A stretch of DNA of 64,000 nucleotides from Opitutia bacterium. GTDB taxonomy: Bacteria; Verrucomicrobiota; Verrucomicrobiia; Opitutales; Opitutaceae. The position numbers and the translations under genes were made by a program. Positions 56,435 to 64,000 of the stretch are shown piece by piece. The stretch spans positions 384,001 through 448,000 of the forward strand of contig CANJVR010000003.1 of the NCBI GenBank assembly GCA_947478395.1. The letters are read 5' to 3'. The notes under the pieces are model-generated. The model saw only the letters and a list, made by a program, of their open reading frames with translations. It did no database searches and had not been told where the DNA came from. Position 1 is the stretch's first letter, and each line of letters starts with the position of its first letter.

Positions 56435-57235
56435 ATGGTTTTAGTTCGCGGGAACGTGAGCCAAGAGCAGCAACAGGATTTGTTTGCAGTGTTCGCCCCG
56501 GCGCCGGGCGTGCATCACGCGCCGCCGGCGGACGTTCATCAGTTAAAGGAAAAATTAGTGTTTGAGCGGAGCCATCGTGCGCGGAACTACCGGCTGACGT
56601 TGCGGCGCGATGGCACGGCGGTGGCAACGATTCCAGCGCGCGGCTCGCAGCGTGAGGCGGAGCGTTTTGTGGCGGAGCAGATCGAATGGTTGGATCGCGC
56701 GCGCGCGCGACAACGGCGCCGGCCGCGTGCCGCCGAAGTGTGGACGCTCGGCACGCGCGTGTTGTGGCGCGGCGAGTTGGCCGCGATTCGGGCGGCCGCG
56801 GTCGGCGATTCCACGGCCCGCGCCGGGAACAGCCGGCCGCAGGTGTGCGTGTCGGCAGATGTATTTCGAGTGCCGGCGTTCGATGGCGATTTGCGTCCGA
56901 CCCTCGAGGCGCAGTTTGCGCGGCGCGCGAAAATCGAATTGCCCGCGCGCACGTGGGAACTTGCGGCGGTGACAGGAGTGGATGTGAAAAACGTGACCGT
57001 GCGCAACCAACGCTCGCGCTGGGGCTCTTGTTCAGCGACGGGAACGATTTCGTTGAACTGGCGATTGGTGCAAACGCCGGAGTTTGTGCGCGACTACATT
57101 ATTTATCACGAGCTGATGCACCTGCGGGAGATGAATCACTCGGAGCGTTTTTGGGCCCGCGTCGAGGAGGTCTGTCCGGGCTGGCGTGAGGCCGAGGCTT
57201 GGCTGAAGCGCAACGGCTCGCTGGTCGGGCTGTGA
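56435..57235 (+). CDS. YgjP/DUF45 (M48-like) zinc metallohydrolase
   Basis: VRNQRSRWGSCS..GTISLNWRL, DYIIYHELMHLREMNHSERFW. Alternative GTG start at 56456. Confidence 0.88.
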   Translation: MVLVRGNVSQEQQQDLFAVFAPAPGVHHAPPADVHQLKEKLVFERSHRARNYRLTLRRDGTAVATIPARGSQREAERFVAEQIEWLDRARARQRRRPRAAEVWTLGTRVLWRGELAAIRAAAVGDSTARAGNSRPQVCVSADVFRVPAFDGDLRPTLEAQFARRAKIELPARTWELAAVTGVDVKNVTVRNQRSRWGSCSATGTISLNWRLVQTPEFVRDYIIYHELMHLREMNHSERFWARVEEVCPGWREAEAWLKRNGSLVGL

Positions 57236-57385
57236 CGCCAGTGTGACGTCAGTTGTTTGCGGGGAGGGAAACGCGCGGGAAAGCAGTCGGCCGCGGGTCT
57301 GAGCATAGCGCAGGGCGCGGTCCGACGCCGATGCGCCTTTCCTGCTCTCCTAGACTGCCGCGCGCCTAGGCGTTCCCCCGCGAAC

Positions 57386-57934
57386 TCAGCGGAAGTCGAT
57401 GAGTTCGACTTCGAAAATGAGCGTGGCCTTCGGTGGAATCTTCGGCGGCTGGCCCTTCAAGCCGTAGCCCAGCCAATACGGAATGATCAGGGTGCGCTTC
57501 TCGCCTTTCTTCATGGTGAGAAAAGCCTCGTCCCACCCGGCAATCACCACCCCCATGCCGACGCGAAACGTCAGGGGCACGCCGCGCTGGTACGAGCTGT
57601 CGAAGGGGGTGCCGTCGATCAGACGTCCGGCGTAATGCGCGATCACTTCTCCGCCGATCCGGGGATAACCGTCGCCGGTGCCGGGCGTGTGCTCGACCCA
57701 TTGCAAGCCGGAGGGAAATTTTTTGGCGGTGCCGTACGTTTTGGCGATCAGCATCGCGTCGTCCGTGCTGAATTGCGGTGTGGTTTCCGCGAGCGCGGCG
57801 CGCATCGCGGAGTTGATGGGGCGGCCGGGATTTTTGCGGGCGAGCATGCCCGAGCGCACGACGATCGCGATGGTCCCGAGAAGAACCCCCAGGAAGATGA
57901 GATAGAAAATACTGCGCGGAGGAGAGTAGGCCAT
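57386..57934 (-). CDS. FKBP-type peptidyl-prolyl isomerase with N-terminal membrane anchor
   Basis: SGLQW, HYAGRL.DGT.FDSS, VIAGWDE, GEKRTLIIPYWLGYG, IPP.ATLIFEVEL. Confidence 0.93.
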   Translation of the reverse strand: MAYSPPRSIFYLIFLGVLLGTIAIVVRSGMLARKNPGRPINSAMRAALAETTPQFSTDDAMLIAKTYGTAKKFPSGLQWVEHTPGTGDGYPRIGGEVIAHYAGRLIDGTPFDSSYQRGVPLTFRVGMGVVIAGWDEAFLTMKKGEKRTLIIPYWLGYGLKGQPPKIPPKATLIFEVELIDFR

Positions 57935-58109
57935 GACTGGGCCGACGAGATACGAACCGCCGGGAAAGGCAATCGCCCGGCACCGTCAAGGTTGGGCCGT
58001 TGATTTAGGATTGAGCCTCGCCGAAGTATTCTTCGCCTGAAGCTCCACGCGCTCACGCGCGCTGCCTACGCCGATAATACCCTTGGTGTAGGCGGATCGG
58101 CGCTCCCGC

Positions 58110-58282
58110 TCAGGGCACGTGCGTATGGGTGCGCACACCGCCGATGCCGCCGATCGTGATTTTCGCGGCGGTCCGTTCTTCCGTGAGCGAGAGCTCGGAA
58201 CGGCGATGCAGGTCTTCGTAGAGCGCCTCAAGCGAGGGATAAGAGGCGGGCTAGCTTGGCTTCGCCCGCGGCTTTTACCGCG
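58110..58282 (-). pseudogene. Remnant of an M20-family amidohydrolase N-terminus
   Basis: Minus strand reads AVKAAGEAKLA, then a frameshift, then ASYPSLEALYEDLHRRSELSLTEERTAAKI. This matches the M20D pattern LY..LH.HPELS..E..TA; the similarity then ends. Confidence 0.6.
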
Positions 58283-58361
58283 CTTTACGTCGCCGCGTAA
58301 AATGGTCCGGACCGGGTGAAAGCCAGTGCGAACAGGCGCGCGCAACCGAAGTCAGGATAAC

Positions 58362-59531
58362 TCATTTTGATTCCAATTTAAAAATCAGCGCATCGAGCAG
58401 GGCATCGGTTTGGAGTTTTACCTGTTGGCTCGGAGGAACTGGCTGGCCCGCTGGCGCCGTTGCTTGCTGGCGCGCGAAAGCCGCATCACCGGCCGCTTGG
58501 GCGGCGGCGAGGAAGGCGTCCTTGGCGGCGTGAAACGCGCCGTCGTCGACGAGGTCGGCCGGGGCGGTCGGTCGTCCGAGAAATGCAGGGGTCGTCGCAT
58601 CGCCGATCCACACGCGCCAGTCTTTTTCGTCGGCGAAATACGCGACGACCGCGCCGCGCTGGAGCGTGCCGAGCTTTTGGGCGAGCGCGCGCATGAACTG
58701 CCCGGCCTTGGCGTCGTCCGCCGGCGGCGGCGATTTCGCGAACAGGCGTACGCGGATTTTTACGCCGGTGGCGCGTTCAAGGTTGGCGAGCTTGTAGCCG
58801 AAGGTTTTCGCGCGCGGCGGATCGGTGGGCAGGAGATGATCGGTATCGTCGAAGTACAACGCGCCGCTGGCGTCCATCGGCGCCGGCACCGCCGCCGGAT
58901 CGCTGGCCGGCGAAAGTTTGGTGCTCACCACGAGCGCAGGAAAATGAGCTTCGTCGGCCTGAAATTTTCGCGCGGCGGTTCCGATCCGTACGATGTGTAC
59001 GCTCATCGTGTCGTCCTGCTTGATCGATGGCAGAATCTCCAGCCCGCGCACCACGCGCCCGAAAACGGAGTGGAGATAGTTGAGCCGGTTGGTATCGCGC
59101 AGCGTGATAAAAAATTGCGAGCCGTTGGTGGCGGGGCCGCTGTTCGCCATCGAAAGCACACCGGCGGACGAGTGCCGAAGTCCCGGTACAAATTCGTCGG
59201 CAAACGTATAGCCCGGTCCACCTTCGCCCGTACCGAGCGGATCGCCGCCCTGCACGACAAAATCGGCGACGACGCGGTGGAATTTCAGTCCGTTGAAAAA
59301 CGGTTTGCCGGGCGCGGGCCCAAGCGTGCCCTCGGCCAGGCCGACAAAGCTCGCGACGGTGAGCGGCGCTTGGGTGAAAAACAATTCCGCGGTGAGCGTC
59401 CCCCGCGGCGTGGTGATTTCGGCGTAGAGTCCGTTGGGCAGGGCCGGGGCGGTGGCATCGGCGCCGCGCAAAGCGGCGAGCGGCGCGCCGAAAATCGCGA
59501 GGATCAGCGAAGCGCAAAGGCGGACCTTCAT
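58362..59531 (-). CDS. Secreted cyclophilin-type PPIase with extra C-terminal domain
   Basis: Signal peptide from ATG 59531; PLTVASFVGLAEG, FHRVV.DF.VQGGDP, GVLSMANSGP.TNGSQFFIT, HSVFG; about 190-aa C-terminal extension. Confidence 0.88.
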   Translation of the reverse strand: MKVRLCASLILAIFGAPLAALRGADATAPALPNGLYAEITTPRGTLTAELFFTQAPLTVASFVGLAEGTLGPAPGKPFFNGLKFHRVVADFVVQGGDPLGTGEGGPGYTFADEFVPGLRHSSAGVLSMANSGPATNGSQFFITLRDTNRLNYLHSVFGRVVRGLEILPSIKQDDTMSVHIVRIGTAARKFQADEAHFPALVVSTKLSPASDPAAVPAPMDASGALYFDDTDHLLPTDPPRAKTFGYKLANLERATGVKIRVRLFAKSPPPADDAKAGQFMRALAQKLGTLQRGAVVAYFADEKDWRVWIGDATTPAFLGRPTAPADLVDDGAFHAAKDAFLAAAQAAGDAAFARQQATAPAGQPVPPSQQVKLQTDALLDALIFKLESK

Positions 59532-60676
59532 TTGGGATCGGTTTGGTCGATGACAGCGGAGACCACTTCGCCCGCGACGGCATAAAGGTGGCCCTGACGC
59601 GTGCGGCCGGCGTTGTCGGGTGGCGGATTGGGACCGGCGGACGCGGGCAGTTTCAAATCCGCGGGACCGCCGATCACGATCCACTGGTCTTCGTTCGCAA
59701 AATAGCAGACGAGGATGGCGCCGGGCGCGAGGTGAAGCTGGGTGGCGAGGGCGGCCGCGGCTTGCGCGACGGTGGTCGCGGGAACTTCGACGGAGGCCGC
59801 GTCGAGGAGTCGCACATAAATTTTTCGACCGGTGAAACGCTCCAGATTGCCGAGCCGGTTCTCCAAGTATTTCGCCTGCCATGGAGGCGGCGCATCGGCG
59901 CCGACGCCCGATAAATCCTCGAGGTGCGGTGGAGCTTTGCGCGGGGCGGCGGCGAGTCGTGCGTTGAATGCGGCCTCGTCGGTGCGAAAGGCGAGCGCGT
60001 CGGCACCGCGTCGAACAATCTTCACGGTCATCGGATCTCCCCGTACGATTTGGGCCGGCACCTCGGGGTGGCGGATCACACGGCCGAAGATGGCGTGGTT
60101 GAAATCGAGATAACGCGACGCGCCGAGCGTGATGAAAAATTGCGAGCCGTTCGAGTCAGGCCCGCCGTTGGCCATCGAGAGTACACCCGGCCCGTCGTGA
60201 CGCAGGCCGGCGGCGAATTCGTCCGGAAACTTGTAGCCGGGATCGCCGCGCCCGGTGCCGGTGGGATCTCCGCCTTGAATGGCGAAGTCCGGCACAACCC
60301 GGTGGAAAATCAGGCCGTCGTAAAACGGTTTGCGCGGGGTGGGACCGAGCGCGCCTTCGGCGAGGCCGACGAAGCTGGCCACCGTCAGCGGCATTTTTTC
60401 GAAAAACAATTCCACCGTGATCACCCCGCGCGGCGTGCCGATCTCGGCGTAGAGCCCGTCGGGCAACGGCTGGGCCGGATCGTGTTTTGCGATTTCCGCG
60501 GCTTGCGCGAGCGCCGCGGCGCGCACGGCTTCGGCCGCCTTGGCGGCAGCGAGAGCGACGGGATCAGGCGCGGCCGGTGGCGCTGGTAATCGCGGCGGCG
60601 TGGTCGCGCAGCCGGCGCCGAGTGCGATGGCTAACGTCAAGGCGAAGACGCCACGGCGAATGGAGGCCGTTTTCAT
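59528..60676 (-). CDS. Lipoprotein cyclophilin-type PPIase with extra C-terminal domain
   Basis: Lipobox LGAGC from ATG 60676; same cyclophilin motifs; paralogue of the downstream gene with ATGA overlap. Confidence 0.88.
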   Translation of the reverse strand: MKTASIRRGVFALTLAIALGAGCATTPPRLPAPPAAPDPVALAAAKAAEAVRAAALAQAAEIAKHDPAQPLPDGLYAEIGTPRGVITVELFFEKMPLTVASFVGLAEGALGPTPRKPFYDGLIFHRVVPDFAIQGGDPTGTGRGDPGYKFPDEFAAGLRHDGPGVLSMANGGPDSNGSQFFITLGASRYLDFNHAIFGRVIRHPEVPAQIVRGDPMTVKIVRRGADALAFRTDEAAFNARLAAAPRKAPPHLEDLSGVGADAPPPWQAKYLENRLGNLERFTGRKIYVRLLDAASVEVPATTVAQAAAALATQLHLAPGAILVCYFANEDQWIVIGGPADLKLPASAGPNPPPDNAGRTRQGHLYAVAGEVVSAVIDQTDPK

Positions 60677-60819
60677 TGGCGCGCGGCGTGAGGGTACCCC
60701 GCCTCCAGAAATCTCCGCCAAGGCTAGTTTCGGGTGGGTTCTCATCTGGGGGTCTCGGATCTGAGCTGAACGAACTTCCCGGGGTTCACGGACCGGTCGG
60801 AGACCGGTCCTTACTTACC

Positions 60820-61149
60820 TCACGGCAGAAACGAACAAATATATTCGCAGAGGCCGGCGCTGACCGAAATCGAGAAGCCGCTTTTGGCCGGGACATCGAA
60901 GAAAGTGCCCGCGGGATAATCCTGCGTGGTGGTCTGGCCGTCGAGCGTGACGCGGCACGCGCCGGCAACGATTTCCATGCGCTCGGCGGCGTCAGTCCCG
61001 AAATGATAAGAGCCCGGACGGATGAGCCCGAGGGTCTTTTTCACGTCGCCCGCGAACCGGACGGTGTGACTGACGACGTTGCCGTCGAAATAAACGTTGG
61101 CCTTGGTCAACACGGTGACACCGGCGAATTGGGTGGGAAGCGCGGACAT
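60820..61149 (-). CDS. ppnP: Pyrimidine/purine nucleoside phosphorylase (YaiE/DUF1255)
   Basis: KANVYFDGNV.S, KTLG.I.PG.Y.FGT..AERMEIV.G, F.VPA.S.F, YICSF. Confidence 0.9.
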   Translation of the reverse strand: MSALPTQFAGVTVLTKANVYFDGNVVSHTVRFAGDVKKTLGLIRPGSYHFGTDAAERMEIVAGACRVTLDGQTTTQDYPAGTFFDVPAKSGFSISVSAGLCEYICSFLP

Positions 61150-61432
61150 GGTTTGGCGACGTTGAGTTTCGGTCGGGACCGAGGCAAGCGCGCGCTCATT
61201 CGGAGCGTGAGGTTCGCGCGGAGTCCGCGGAAGAATGAATTAGTTGGGGCCCGGCGATCGTGATTATCGGATCGGAGCGCCGCGGTGCCCGACCGTTTGG
61301 TCCCCGCGACGCAGAGATGAATGTCACCTATTAAGTGACATTAGAGCGGGGCGCGGGGCGGGGGTGGTGCTGGGTTTTTTAACGCGGGCGCGTGCGATGG
61401 AACGTGCCAAGCGGCGCTAACCAGTCGCCACG

Positions 61433-62767
61433 TTAACGTAGGTTCGGGCGCGTCAGTCGCGCGAAACGCCCCGTGAGAAAAATCGATGCGCACGCGAGCC
61501 CGGCCGCGAGGGCAGCCCAAATGCCGACGGCACCCATCGGTCCGCGCACTCCCAGCAGATATCCGCCCGGAATCGCGATCACCCAATACGCCACGAACGT
61601 GATGGCCGTGGGCCATTTCACGTCGTGCAACCCGCGGAGCGCGGCTGATCCGATGACTTGCGCGCCGTCAAAAAATTGAAACATCGCCACGACGATGAGC
61701 AACTGGGTCGCGAGGGCCACGACCGGCGCGTCGTGCACAAACCAGCTGGCCATGGTTTCGCCCATCAGGAAATAAAGGCCGACAAACAGGGACGCGAGTA
61801 GCGCGCCTAAGCCCAGCGCGCTGAAGCCGATCGGTCGTAGTCGTGCGGTCTCTCCCGCGCCGACTGCGTTGCTCACGCGCATGCCCGTGGCCATTGAAAG
61901 GCCGAGGAAAAACATGAACGTCGTTGATGCGCACGTGATGGCGATCTGATGCGCCGCCAGCGCACCCGCGCCGAGCCAGCCCATCATCACGGCCGATGCC
62001 GTAAAAGCCCCGCTTTCGAATAAAAGCATGCCTGAGGCGGGCAATCCCAGCTTCAGCATTTCCCGCAAACGTGCCGGTGACAACGGAGCCCACCACCGCA
62101 ATGGCAGGGCCGCGTGCAAAGCGCGATCGCGCTGGAGCCACAGGAAAATCACGACGACGCCGAGCGTGCGTGAAATGAGGGTCGATACTCCGGCGCCCGT
62201 GAGACCAAGCGCAGGCGCACCTAGGTGGCCATAGATGAGCACCCAATTTAGAAATGCATTCAGACCCACGCCGCCGAGCATGATGAACATCGGCGTCCAG
62301 GGCCGGCCCATCGCTTCCGAAAACTGTCGGAGTGCGAGATAAACCAGCACGGGCGTGATCGACACGCCGATGAGCAGAAAAAACGGATTCACCAACGCGA
62401 AAACTTCTGCTGGTTGATCGAATCGTTGGAGCTGAGTGCCCAGCAGTACGATCACCAGCGTTTCGAGCACGCCGAAACCGAAGGCCAGCGCTACGCCGTG
62501 GCGCAGGTATTCCCCGCACTCCGATGGCCGGTCTGCACCCCGCGCGCGTGCCACGAACACCGCGACCGGAAGCATCAAGCCGATGCCGACCACGTAAAAC
62601 ACGCCAAAGACGTTTCCCCCAAACGCCGAAGCTGCCAGCGGGACCGTGCCCGTCCGCCCAATCATCACACTGTCGGTGATACCCATCAGCATCTGGCTCA
62701 CCTGGCCGACGATGATCGGCACGGCGAGCGCGAGCGTGGGGCGGATTTCGGCCAGGGCGCGTCTCAT
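61433..62767 (-). CDS. MATE-family efflux transporter (NorM-like)
   Basis: LAVPII.GQ, DSVMIGR.G...LAA, LNWVLIYG..G.P.LG..GAG, LAAHQIA, FQFFDG.Q....ALRG..D. Confidence 0.92.
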   Translation of the reverse strand: MRRALAEIRPTLALAVPIIVGQVSQMLMGITDSVMIGRTGTVPLAASAFGGNVFGVFYVVGIGLMLPVAVFVARARGADRPSECGEYLRHGVALAFGFGVLETLVIVLLGTQLQRFDQPAEVFALVNPFFLLIGVSITPVLVYLALRQFSEAMGRPWTPMFIMLGGVGLNAFLNWVLIYGHLGAPALGLTGAGVSTLISRTLGVVVIFLWLQRDRALHAALPLRWWAPLSPARLREMLKLGLPASGMLLFESGAFTASAVMMGWLGAGALAAHQIAITCASTTFMFFLGLSMATGMRVSNAVGAGETARLRPIGFSALGLGALLASLFVGLYFLMGETMASWFVHDAPVVALATQLLIVVAMFQFFDGAQVIGSAALRGLHDVKWPTAITFVAYWVIAIPGGYLLGVRGPMGAVGIWAALAAGLACASIFLTGRFARLTRPNLR

Positions 62768-63037
62768 AAAAAAGAAAAGGCGCAAAGGCTGCCGCCTTGA
62801 AACACGAAACACACGCCAACAATCCCCGCGCGTGACCCCGCTGCGCCGTTTTTTCTGTTTAATCGGAACCCTCGCGCGGCCCCCGATCAGGACCGATGCA
62901 GAGTGCCGATCGATGGAGGCGAGGGGCGATTCAACAACGCAAGACCATCTGTTTCTCCAGCGACAAACCCGGGTTGAAAGATTCGCCCGAGAGAAAAATA
63001 GGGGGAGGGGGAATTCTCCCGCCGGTCGGGTCAGGCG

Positions 63038-63454
63038 TTAACGAGCCTGCCGCACGCGCACCGTATATTTTTTTGCCAGCGGGTTGGCGGCGGTGAAACG
63101 CACGGCTTCCGTCGCATCCCCGGCGAGCGTGAGCGTTTGCCACGCCGTTTCGTCGTTGGTGGGTATCCCCTGCTCATCTTTGAAAACACAATTGATCTGA
63201 ATCGAAATTTTGGCGGTCCCGCGGTTTTTCACGTTCGCCACCAACTCGAGACGTCCATCCGCGCGATTGAACGGATGCAGGCCGGTGCACGTGATCCCGT
63301 TTTGCGTGGCCTTGTCGAGCAGATCGAAATTTTCGGTGTTTTCGACTGAGTAACGCGTGCTGTCCGGAGGAGTGAATGCCGTGGGCTCCGAAGCGCAGCC
63401 GGAAAAAAATAGGCAGACGCAGGTAGCAGCTAAAACGGCGAAAGGAGCTTTCAT
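63038..63454 (-). CDS. YcfL/DUF1425-like lipoprotein
   Basis: Lipobox FSGC; GRLELVANVKNR...IQINCVFKDEQG...WQTLTL...A.NP.A..Y.V.VR. Confidence 0.75.
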   Translation of the reverse strand: MKAPFAVLAATCVCLFFSGCASEPTAFTPPDSTRYSVENTENFDLLDKATQNGITCTGLHPFNRADGRLELVANVKNRGTAKISIQINCVFKDEQGIPTNDETAWQTLTLAGDATEAVRFTAANPLAKKYTVRVRQAR

Positions 63455-63606
63455 TACTTTTCGGCGGTGGAGTGAAGGTGAAAGGGAAGCGATTCGCAAT
63501 GGGCGGGGCGGATCACCTCGAAATCACGCATTAACCCCGCGGGGAGCGAGCGGGAAAATCTCGCCCATGGCGGGCGGAAGCGGCCGTCGTCCCGGCCGCG
63601 TGGTCC

Positions 63607-64000
63607 TCACTTGGTCAGCACCAGGTCGCCGGCGTTGGCCTCCACGGGGGCGTTGTTTCGCACGCGATGCGTGAGGCGATCGAGATACAGGTAGATGGTC
63701 GGCGTGATGTAGAGCGTCAGTAACTGCGAAACAATCAGGCCGCCCACGACGGCGAGACCGAGGGAACGACGCGAATCCGCTCCGGCACCGAGCCCGAGGG
63801 CGATGGGAATCGCCCCGGCCAGCGCGGCGAACGTGGTCATCATAATCGGCCGGAAGCGGACGAGGCACGCTTCGACGATCGCTTTTTCCGCGTCGAATTC
63901 CGCCCCCATCTCCCGCTCCTTCGCGATGGCAAAATCGACCATCATGATGGCGTTTTTCTTCACGATGCCGATCAGGAGAATTACGCCGACGTAGCCCATT
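63607..64000 (-). CDS. MdtB/MdtC-type RND permease, C-terminal fragment (gene starts beyond the window)
   Basis: [44 protein letters not shown]...[19 protein letters not shown]. Confidence 0.92.
   Translation of the reverse strand, partial: MGYVGVILLIGIVKKNAIMMVDFAIAKEREMGAEFDAEKAIVEACLVRFRPIMMTTFAALAGAIPIALGLGAGADSRRSLGLAVVGGLIVSQLLTLYITPTIYLYLDRLTHRVRNNAPVEANAGDLVLTK

Noticed and set aside
58362..59882. 506-aa version of the cyclophilin ORF
   Set aside because: The extension overlaps the upstream paralogue; the signal peptide begins at ATG 59531.
61320..61342. dif site
   Set aside because: Lacks the 6-nt spacer and the XerD arm TTATGTTAAAT; kept only as an unexplained palindrome.

Overview
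GC-rich bacterial chromosomal window. Gene content, gene style and intergenic repeats suggest Verrucomicrobiota (Opitutaceae-like); this is an inference. Contents in order: (1) a CusRS-like heavy-metal two-component system plus a PepSY protein, divergent from a TonB-dependent receptor - YncE-type beta-propeller - TolC - MFP - CzcA/CusA-family RND operon, with two matching ATGAC-N6-GTCAT boxes; (2) ROK kinase, SGNH acetylesterase, LacI regulator, asparaginase; (3) a Rieske protein and a cytochrome b/diheme cytochrome c fusion; (4) cstA, a second TonB-dependent receptor, a PFK with PPi-type motifs, purB, holA; (5) an L-Ara4N lipid A modification operon (arnT-B-C-A1-A2-D, split arnA, no flippase) converging on lptF/G; (6) a TPR protein, a site-2-protease homologue lacking all zinc ligands, and prmB; (7) puuD bracketed by two ~110-bp MITE-like elements; (8) an ArsR-controlled DUF2892-MFP-RND-DUF2892-rhodanese cluster, a candidate sulfane-sulfur export system; (9) PafA-like phosphatase, metXW, yidC-yidD-rnpA-rpmH with no adjacent dnaA; (10) metallophosphoesterase, a GNAT pseudogene, YgjP-like protein, three PPIases, an M20 amidohydrolase remnant, ppnP, MATE, a YcfL-like lipoprotein and the 3' end of an MdtB/C-type RND gene. 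Several REP/MITE-like palindromic repeat families are present. No rRNA, tRNA, CRISPR array, integrase or transposase was recognised. All calls come from reading motifs by eye; no database searches were run.
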